The notes under the pieces are model-generated. The model saw nothing but the letters and a program-made list of their open reading frames with translations. It was not told the origin of the DNA and did not search any database. From Clostridia bacterium (GTDB lineage Bacteria > Bacillota > Clostridia > Christensenellales > CAG-314), in NCBI GenBank assembly GCA_017500905.1, contig JAFVXX010000116.1, positions 1 through 33,016 of the forward strand: a DNA stretch of 33,016 nt. The letters run 5' to 3'. Within the stretch, counting starts at the first letter, position 1, and the number at the start of each line of letters is the position of its first letter. Shown here piece after piece: positions 1 through 9,100 of the stretch. Both the position numbers and the translations under genes were made by a program.

Positions 1-699
1 CTGGCATATGACGGCACGGGCGTATATGCCTCGGAGGGTGGTGGGTTGGTGGGCATGACGCAGCAGTTGATCGACCTTGACAACGTGCTGCAATTTGTTC
101 AAAGCAACCAACGCTTGGCATCCAAGCCGCTGTTTTTGTTTGGCCACAGCATGGGAGGTTACGCCTGTAGCGCCATACTTGCTTTGCGTGGTGCAACCGT
201 CAAGGCGGCTGCCTGCATTGCCCCTGTCAACGATGCTTCAACGCTGATGATGGACGTCAGCCGTAGGTACGTTGGCAATCTTGTGTGGGTTACAAAGGGT
301 GTGTTTGATGGCTACCAACGCTCTATTTTTGGCGATTGGCTGTACTACGACGGCGTGGACGGCATCAACTCGGTGGATATCCCCGTGTTTATTGCCCAAG
401 GCCTAAACGACAGTCTGATTCCTCACGACAGCCTGTCCATCACGGCGCATGCCGACCAAATTACCAATCCCAACGTCACGCTGTACTACCAGGACGGCCT
501 GCAGGGCAGCCACACCGACCTAATGTACTCTAAGGAGGCTACCCGGTACCGTGTTGACGTCAACAGCCGGCTTAAAAAGTGTATGGGCAACGTAAGGCGC
601 AAAAAGAAGCTTGTTTCAAGCGTTGACCACGACCTTTACAGCCAAGTAAACACCCAATTGTTTGACAAAATAATTCAAATGTACGTTCAATCAATTTGA
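1..699 (+). CDS. Alpha/beta-fold hydrolase (esterase/lipase-like), 5'-truncated by the window edge
   Basis: Frame is open from base 1 (LAYDGTGVYASEGGG...). Nucleophile elbow GHSMGG (GxSxG), candidate catalytic Asp in QGLNDSLI and His in GSHTDL. Confidence 0.85.
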   Translation: MAYDGTGVYASEGGGLVGMTQQLIDLDNVLQFVQSNQRLASKPLFLFGHSMGGYACSAILALRGATVKAAACIAPVNDASTLMMDVSRRYVGNLVWVTKGVFDGYQRSIFGDWLYYDGVDGINSVDIPVFIAQGLNDSLIPHDSLSITAHADQITNPNVTLYYQDGLQGSHTDLMYSKEATRYRVDVNSRLKKCMGNVRRKKKLVSSVDHDLYSQVNTQLFDKIIQMYVQSI

Positions 700-707
700 C
701 AATGCTA

Positions 708-736
708 TTGACACCCCCGTTGTTTAGTGGTATAAT
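708..736 (+). promoter_or_regulatory. Sigma-A/70 promoter for the zinc-ribbon membrane protein cluster
   Basis: TTGACA (708-713), 17 bp, TATAAT (731-736) with extended -10 TG; AAGGGGG RBS before ATG 766. Confidence 0.85.
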
Positions 737-765
737 TGTACTACCATTAGGCAAAGGGGGTTTGT

Positions 766-1200
766 ATGTACTGCATCAAATGTGGAAAGCCATTGCAAAA
801 TAAATCGGTGCTTTGCAATCAATGCAAAGGCATTGAGCCTGCCCCTGCGCCCGTAAGCAAGGTCATCAAGGTGCATATCCAACAAACTGCACCACAAGTT
901 ACAAGCAAATACGGAGTTTGGTCCTTTGTAATCAGCGTGGTGTCGTCAGTTGCAGCCTTTGTAGCCACCCTATGCGCCCTTTGGGACCAAAGCATTACTT
1001 GCTTTGTTGTGCCGTTTCTTGTCGTTGCCGAGGCCGTTTCGGTTATGCTTGCAGTCAAAGCCATTTCGGTCTTTAGATACGCCGTACGCACAGGTGGCAA
1101 AAAGCCCGTTGCAGGATTGGTAACCGCCATAGTTGCATTGGCAAATCAAATAGAAGCATTTAGTATCGTAGGAGCATGCATTGCCCTGGCCTTGGCGTAA
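766..1200 (+). CDS. Zinc-ribbon membrane protein, paralog 1 (DUF4190-like C-terminal TM region)
   Basis: N-terminal CxxC-x10-CxxC (MYCIKCG...LCNQC), three hydrophobic segments, KAI...KKPVAG motif shared with the next two genes. Confidence 0.75.
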   Translation: MYCIKCGKPLQNKSVLCNQCKGIEPAPAPVSKVIKVHIQQTAPQVTSKYGVWSFVISVVSSVAAFVATLCALWDQSITCFVVPFLVVAEAVSVMLAVKAISVFRYAVRTGGKKPVAGLVTAIVALANQIEAFSIVGACIALALA

Positions 1201-1302
1201 ATATAAATGGAATGATTATATAGTAATAAAAATAAATTATAAATACATTGCAAAGGTCACGTCTAAGGGGGATTGGCATTTGCAAATATCAGGAGGTACT
1301 TT

Positions 1303-1752
1303 ATGTATTGCAACAAATGTGGAAAGTATATCGAATCCGACGAAACCTTGTGCCCCGAGTGCAAACAAGTACAACAAAACGTAAGCACGCCAAACGTAGT
1401 TGTAATCGAGCGGCAAGCTACACCCATTACATATGCGGCAGCCCCATCCAACAAGCCGGGCGTCATCTCGTTGGTGCTAAGCATGGTAGGGCTTGTAGGA
1501 ATTTTTATTGCTGCTTTTTCAATTGGGTTTGAAAGTGTCGGATTGATGGTTTTTGCATCTGCAGTTGTAATTACGGGCTTTGTAATTTCGTTGGTGCAAG
1601 GCATTAAGGCAATCAAAAGCTTTATTTACACATGCAAAAACAAGCTTAAAAAGCCAATCGCAGGGTTTATCATGGGAATTGTTGGCTTGGAAACGTCGGC
1701 GATAGTAATTTTGTACTGGTTTATTTTGGCAGTTTCGTTTGCAGCAATGTAA
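1303..1752 (+). CDS. Zinc-ribbon membrane protein, paralog 2
   Basis: AGGAGG at 1291-1296 favours ATG 1303 over the 1273 start. MYCNKCG...LCPEC, three TM segments, GIKAIKSF...KKPIAGFIMGI. Confidence 0.8.
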   Translation: MYCNKCGKYIESDETLCPECKQVQQNVSTPNVVVIERQATPITYAAAPSNKPGVISLVLSMVGLVGIFIAAFSIGFESVGLMVFASAVVITGFVISLVQGIKAIKSFIYTCKNKLKKPIAGFIMGIVGLETSAIVILYWFILAVSFAAM

Positions 1753-1801
1753 CAAACAAGGCAAAACGGTAGAGTAGTAGTTTGTCAGGAGGTATTATAC
1801 T

Positions 1802-2299
1802 ATGTATTGTAACAAATGTGGAAGGTATCACGAAACGGAGGGCATCTTGTGCCCCGAGTGTCAACAAGCACAACAAAACGTAAGCAAGCCTGCCGTTGCG
1901 GTAATCGAAAAAACGGCTACGCCCGTTGTAGCAACTGCGGAAAAGCCATCCAACAGGCAAGGCATCAAGGCCATCATTTTTGGTGGAGTGGGCTTTATGT
2001 TGGGCTTGATTGCTTACATTGTTTCGATTGTTGCCATGGTAGAGATTGAATACAGCGACCTTGGCTACGACTTTGCAGTGCTGGCAATTTTTTTGGCGCT
2101 TGCAACCATTCCGTTTATGGTGATGGGCATTGTTTTTGGCGTCCAAGCAATCAAGGTGTTTAAGGCAGCAGGCGCATCGGGACAAAAGCGTCCCATCCCC
2201 GGCTTTATCATGGGCATAGGTGGCATAGTGTTTGCAGGTACGTCAGCAATCGTTGCTGTGTGCGCATTATTTTTTGCAATGCTTGTGTCTGCCATCTAA
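1802..2299 (+). CDS. Zinc-ribbon membrane protein, paralog 3
   Basis: AGGAGG RBS. MYCNKCG...LCPEC, three TM segments, GVQAIKVF...KRPIPGFIMGI. The 5' ~100 nt closely match paralog 2. Confidence 0.8.
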   Translation: MYCNKCGRYHETEGILCPECQQAQQNVSKPAVAVIEKTATPVVATAEKPSNRQGIKAIIFGGVGFMLGLIAYIVSIVAMVEIEYSDLGYDFAVLAIFLALATIPFMVMGIVFGVQAIKVFKAAGASGQKRPIPGFIMGIGGIVFAGTSAIVAVCALFFAMLVSAI

Positions 2300-2361
2300 C
2301 GTATAGGCAAGCAGATTGTCCAACAAAACGCAAAATCAAACAAAAAAAGTCAGCTTTTTTG

Positions 2362-2385
2362 CCGTCCCTTGAGGACGGTTTTTTT
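2362..2385 (+). terminator. Rho-independent terminator
   Basis: CCGTCC-cttga-GGACGG followed by a T7 tract downstream of paralog 3. Confidence 0.75.
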
Positions 2386-2560
2386 GTTGTGTTTGTGTAA
2401 AAATGTAACAAGCTTGCTAATGTGACAAATCAATCGGCACAAACAGGCACAAGGTGTCAGCTTTTGGCGTGGGCACAAATGCCAAAAACAAGGTCAAAAC
2501 GGCATTGCTTTGGCTCAATTTTTACGAAAAAAGAGTGCAAAAAAGCATGGTTTTTGCGCA

Positions 2561-2736
2561 AAAAAGCGGCACTTTTACCAACTAAAGCAAGTAAAATTTG
2601 GGCAAAAACAGAGCAAAAATCGCCTCGCTTTTGCACGGCAAAACAGGGCAAAAATTGCTGCAAAAAAGGCTTGCTTTCATCAACTAAAGTAGACGAGCAA
2701 AACGCCTCAAAAGGGCTCGCTTTCATCAACTAAAGT
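2561..2736. repeat. Three copies of a ~28-bp direct repeat with a CTTT-N8-AAAG core
   Basis: 2663-2690 aaaaaggcttgctttcatcaactaaagt and 2709-2736 aaaagggctcgctttcatcaactaaagt (26/28 identical); 2561-2588 aaaaagcggcacttttaccaactaaagc (20/28 to the 2663 copy). Confidence 0.75.
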
Positions 2737-3055
2737 GCCGTAAAGGCGACAACGGGGGCCTGGCTTTTGCAGCAACTTTCTTTGCAATTTGCCCCACAAA
2801 AGGCAGCGTACAACGTCCTGCAATTTGACGTAGTGCGAAGCCTTGCCAAAAATGCCAAAAGCAGTGCAAAAAACCACCTTGCTGCAGTTTGTCTGACCAA
2901 AGCGCCGTCGCTTGCGTGTGCGCCCGCACGCTGGAGGTGTCAAAAATGAACAAACGCTCATCGCTTTTTGTGAATAAACTGTCAAAAAAATTGCAAAAAA
3001 ATTAAAAAAAATTGCGTAAAACTTGCTTTTTTTTCAATTTACCATAGGTAAAGCG

Positions 3056-3085
3056 TTGACTTGACTAAATGCTTTGTGCTAAAAT
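3056..3085 (+). promoter_or_regulatory. Sigma-A promoter of the giant lipoprotein gene
   Basis: TTGACT (3056-3061), 18 bp, TAAAAT (3080-3085) with extended -10 TG at 3077-3078; A-tract-rich upstream region; GGAGGA RBS at 3147-3152. Confidence 0.6.
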
Positions 3086-3159
3086 ATTTTATTATTAAAC
3101 TTAAAATGGCATATTAGCCGTTTTTGCTTGATGAAAAATCTTTATAGGAGGAAAAACTC

Positions 3160-6100
3160 ATGACAGCAAGAAAATGGAATTACCTAATGAAAACACTTGT
3201 AGTCGTTTTGCTTGTTGCAGTAATCGGCTTTACATTTGTTGCATGTGGTAAAAACAATTCCACTCCTGTCAGCGGAGTATATTACTACGAAGCAGAAGGA
3301 GAGGAATACCAAATCACGCTAAGTGAAGACTTTGGTTTTGTTCTTGATGCCAACGGCGAAATTCGTTCCGGCGAATATTTTGGCGACGGCACAAATTTGC
3401 GTCTTGTCTTTGGCAAGGACGACGAAACCACAGCTACACTTAAGGATGGTGTTTTTAAGCTTACTTACGGCACAGCAACCTTCAACATGTTGCAACGTGT
3501 CAACTACACAGTAACCTTCAACACCAACGGTGGCAATGCAGTTGACGCACAAAAGGTGCTAAACGGCAAAACAGCAACCAAACCGGTTGATCCTACTCGT
3601 GCAAACGACAGATTCTTGGGTTGGTACGTTGACAGCGCATTCAGTGCGCCATTCAACTTTGACACACAAATCATCACTCAAGACACTACCGTTTACGCAA
3701 ACTGGGAGGCAGAAGATCCCAATCAACCAGAGTTTGTTGTAAACTTTGATGCCAACTACCAAGGCGCAGCAGCAGTTGCATCTCAAACAACCTACAACGG
3801 CAAGCTTACAGCATTGCCCGAAGTAACACGTGAGGGATACGAATTTGCAGGCTGGTGGGCAAGCATGGTTGGCACAGGCGACAAGCTTTCCTACCAATGT
3901 GACACAAGCTACGTGTTTGCAAACAACACAACCTTGTACGCAATGTGGGTAGCTACAACGGGCGTTAAGCAACCTGTTGTTACAGTTGCTGGCAATGCTA
4001 TTTCCTGGACAACTACTGCCAACGCAGAGTACGTCTTTGAAGTAACAGGTCCACAAGGCTTTACAGCAATCAGCAAAACAACACAAGCAAACAGCGAGGT
4101 TGTAGACTTTGCAAATGCTCCAGCAGGCGAATACGCAATCAGCGTTGCTGCAAAGGTTGGACAAGAGCAATCTGCTGCAACGGTTGTCTACTACGTAAAC
4201 AAGGGCCTTGCAATGCCCGAGGTTTGGGTAGCAGAGCCTGCAACATTGGTTTACAGCCAAGTTCCAAATGCCGAAAAGTACATTGTTACAATCGAGTGTG
4301 GTAGCCAAGGTCACCAACACTACGTTGACAACGGCAAATCCACAACCCTTCCATTTGCAAACTGCGAAATGAAGGAGGGTGGCATTGTGTTTACCGTTAC
4401 TGCAGTAGCAAACGGCTACGCATCTGCAACCACAACCTACGTTTACGACAAGGTTTTGGCACAAGTTACAGGCGTAGCATTTGACAATGCAACCGAAACT
4501 CTTACTTGGGCACAAGTAGTGGGCGCAACCAACTACCAAGTAACCGTAACTGCAGGTCAACAAACCTACACCTACAACAACGGCACAAGCAACAGCTTCA
4601 GCTTGAAGCAATTTGCTCAAGGCGAAATCAGCGTAGCAATCGTAGCACAAAGCAAGGGCTACAACGCTTCGCAAGCAACAACCTATACATACAACAAGGC
4701 TACAGTAGCAACCCCAAGCAACATCAAGGTTGTTGGCAACCAAATCACTTGGGACGTAGTAGAGGGCGCAACCTACGACGTAAAGGTGGGTTCATCCGTA
4801 TACGCATGCGACACTGCAAGCTTTGACATCACAACCGTTGCAGGCTTGGCAGCAGGCACAAAGTACCAAGTAAGCGTACGTGCAAAGGCTGCAACAACAT
4901 CCAACTGGTCTGATGCTGTTACAGTTGGCTACCAAGTACTTGAAAACGTAAGCTACTACGCAAACGTTGCAACTTGGGACGCTGTAGCAGGCGCAACAAT
5001 GTACAAGGTAAAGGTTACCGGTGCAAGCGAATTTGAAGTAGAAGGCGCAAACTATGCTCCAATCACCTTTACACAAGCCGGTGCAAACACCATCGCAGTA
5101 TGCTTCTACAATGGCAGCCAATGGTCCAACTGGGTAGAAACAACTGTACAAGTATACGCAGTCGAGTTTGACGCACGTCTTGGTGCAGGCGTAGACGCAG
5201 TTTACGTAGCAACAGGCGACACAGTAGATCTTGACGTAACCACACGCAGCGGTTACGACTTTGCAGGTTGGTACAATGCTCCGGGTGGTGCAGCTACAGG
5301 CGCATACAACTACAAGGACGGCTTTGTTTACGACTTGACAACAAGCACAGTTTTGTTTGCAGCTTGGACCCCAATGAAGGCAACAGTATCCTACAACTTC
5401 ATGGGCATGGGCGATGCAACGGACTTTGGTACAACAACCGTAACCTTTGGCGAAGGCTACGCACTTAAGGTTCCAACTCCTCCAAGCACAGCATATTCGT
5501 TTGGTGGCTGGTTCGGCGACATAGCTTGCAGAGACAACAAGCTTACAGACGAGCACGGTAACAGCTTTACAAATTGGGACTACTACCAACCAGAGCGTAC
5601 AGTATACGCAAAGTGGTACCAACTTTTGACCTTTACAAAGCTTAACGATGGCACCTACCGTGTAAAGAAGGGTCCGGACATCAGCAAGGTTAAGGAAGTT
5701 ACAATCCCTGCAGAGTTTGACGGCGTTGCTGTTACACAAATTGCAGGCTTTGCATTTGAAAGATGCTACGAGCTGGAAGTAATCAACATTCCAGACACAA
5801 TCAAGTACATCGACTTGCTTGGTAAGGCATTTGACAAGTGTAGCAGACTTAAGGAAGTAAACGTATACCACGTCGAGGGCAACAATGAAATCGTTTACAA
5901 GTCCGACAACGGTATTTTGTTGGTATACGACAAAAACGGAACACAAAAGCTTGAGCTTGGTTTTGTTCCTGCAACAATGCAAGGCACGTTTGACGTACCT
6001 GCAGGCGTAGAAGTAATCCCAGAAAAGCTCTTTGCAAAGAGCTCCATCACCGAGATTACAATCCCAGCATCCGTCTCCATCATCGAGCCATATGCATTCC

Positions 6101-9100
6101 AAAACTGTGCAAGCCTCAAAAGGGTAACGTTCCTTCCTGCAGCAGAGGGAGAAACACCTGCACAACTTACAATCGGTCAATATGCATTTGCAGGCTGCAA
6201 GGCATTGGAAGAAATTACGTTGCCTGCAAACCTTGTAAATCTTGCTACAACAGAAAGTGGCGAGGTTACAGCATTCAACTCCTGCGTCAAGCTACAAAAC
6301 GTATTTGTTGCAGAGGGTAACCAAAACTACAAAAACCCAATTGACAAAACAGGTATTGTACTTAACAACGAGGGCGTGCTTGTATACGCTCCAAACGCAA
6401 TTACGGGTGCATACACAATCCCAGCAGGCGTTACAGCAATCGGTCCATACACATTTGCACAAGCAAAAGAGCTTACCGAAATTGTAATCCCGGCATGGGT
6501 AACAAGCGTACAACCATACGCATTCTACAACGCAACCAATCTTGGAAAGGTTACGTTTGAAGCAGCACAAGCAAGCTTTGGTGCAGTTACAATTGGCGAA
6601 TACGCATTTGCAAACTGTGCCTTCTTGACAGAGGTTGTATATCAAGCAGGCTCCAACGTAGTCGAGCTTGGCAACAGCGCATTTGCAGGCTGCTCGGCAT
6701 TGATGGCTCTTGAAATCCCAGCAACCGTAACAAAGGTTGGCAACAAGGTATTTAGTGGCTGTGGTGCAAGAACAGCAACAATCGCAGACGGCGAAAATGC
6801 AATCACATTTGGCACAGGCGTTTACGAAAATTGTAAAAATCTTTACGAAATCAAATTGCCGGCACGTGTAACTGCACTACCAGAGGGTGCATTTGCAGGT
6901 TGCGAAAGCTTGCGTAACGTAAAGGTTGACGAAGCAAACACCATCTTGAAGGATATCGACGGTGTATTGTTTACAAAGGACGGCAAGGAATTGTTGTTCT
7001 TCTCGCAAGTTCGTGGTGGCGACTACGAGGTACCGGCAGGCGTTGAAAAGATTGGCGCAGGCGTATTCCAAGACAACACAAGCTTGACAAACATCACGTT
7101 TGGTGCAGACGTCAAGGAAATTGGCGACTACGCATTTGCAGGCTGTACTGCAATTACTAACCTTCACATTGGCGCAAACGTAACACGCATCGGCAAGCAC
7201 GCATTTGATGGCTGCTCGCTTAAGACTGTAACGTTTGATCAAACGGGCACCGAAGAGCTTGTAATTGACGAGTACGCTTTCCAAGCAGGTATCAACAACA
7301 CCAGCACCTCTTCATCTAAGCTCGTTTTGGATATTCCAGCACGTGTAAAGGCAATTGGTAGCTACGCATTCTACAGCGCAAAATTTGTTGGCGTTAAGTT
7401 TAACGAAGGTCTTGTGACCATTGGCGACTACGCATTTGCAAACAACACCTACTTGTACGGCAACGACTACGACGACAAAGCTCGTGGTGGCACGCTTGCA
7501 TTCCCACAATCCGTTACAACAGTTGGAGATTACGCATTCTACAGGTGCTCAAAGCTTACTGTATTGAAGCTTGACACGGTAGAAAACTGGGGTGATTACG
7601 CATTCCGTGATTGTTCAGGTATTTCGGACGTTACGTTCCCAACTGCTTGGGAAGTAATTCCTAAGGGCTTCATGTGGATGTCTTCCTCCTCCGGTTTGAA
7701 GAACTTCAAGGGCACAGTAACAATTGCTAAGACAGTTAAGCAAATTGAGTACCGTGCATTCTACAGCGCATTTACATATGCAGCAGGTCTTGTATTTGAA
7801 GAAGGTGGCACGGCAGACCTTGTCATCGGTACAAAGGGTAAGGAAGACGTTCGTACAGGCGAATGGATTGACAATGGCAACTACTCGTCCGAGGCATTCT
7901 ACTACTTGGGCAAGAGTAACAGCAGCTTCAAGGTTGTAAATCTACCGGATCGTTTGACAATCATTGGTATTGCTTCCTTCAAGGGCGCAAGCAAGATTAC
8001 AACCTTCAACATTTCCGAAAACAGCAAACTTGCCAACATTGGTGAGGAAGCATTCTCCGGATGTAGTGCACTTACAAGCATCTTTATCCCAAGCACGGTT
8101 GTCAACCTGCCACAAACACCGGGCTACGACCAAGCATGTGCTATTGGTTACCGTGCATTCTACAACTGCAGCAAGCTTGCTACAATCACGTTTGAAAAGG
8201 ACGCAACGGCTACAGCAGCAACTGCTCCTTTGACACTTGACAGCCAAGCATTCTACGGCTGCAAGGCAAGCGGCTTTACAACTCTTGATCTTCCAGGCAG
8301 ATTGACCTACAACCTTGATGCAGACGGCGTAAGCTACTTGCTTCCGGGTATGGATCTAAACACCTTCAACGCAACCGACCTAAAGACAATCACAATTGAC
8401 GAAGGCGAAGGCTGCACGTTGATGGCAGAAAACAACATCATCTACTCTGTAGATCAAACACACCTTTACTACGCAGCTCCAAAGCTTACGGGTGATGTTA
8501 CAATTCCAAAGGAAACAACAGACATTGCTAAAAATGCATTCAAGTCCAACACAGGTCTTACAAAGATCATCTTTGAAAAGGGTGGCACGGCAGACCTTGT
8601 AATCGGCGACTCTGCATTTGAAGGCTGCACAAATATTACCGAAGCAGCAATGCCGGAGCGTGTTGTAACAATCGGCAGCAGAGCATTCTACAACTGCAAG
8701 CTTCTTCCATCCATCTACGTACCGGCATCCGTAACATCAATTGGCAGCAGTGCGTTCCAAGGTAGCGGCATGACTTACACCAGCATTGAGTTTGGACGTA
8801 ACGATGACGGCACAGTCAACTTCAAGAGCATTCCAAACAGCATGTTTAACGCATGGGAAGGCATGACCGAATGGGAAGTTCCGGAGGGCGTTGAAACAGT
8901 TGGTTCGGACTTTATTGCAAACACCAGCTTGCGTGATTCAATCACAAAGCTTACATTCCCAAGCACGTTGACAAGCATCAACAACCCAACAACCAACAGA
9001 CAAGTTTTGTATTCATTTGTTGGCTTGACGGAGGTTGTATTTAACAACAACAATGCACTTAAGTGCGAAGACGGCGCAATCTACACCAAGGACGGCGCAA

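Noticed and set aside
2561-2736. 28-bp repeats as a CRISPR array
   Set aside because: Only three copies, one degenerate, with gaps of 74 and 18 bp, and no cas genes in the window.
2422-2985. Short ORFs in the long intergenic region (103, 90, 92, 75 and 60 aa)
   Set aside because: Their K/Q/F/C-rich composition simply reflects the A/T tracts. They have no convincing RBS and they conflict with one another. A small peptide cannot be strictly excluded.
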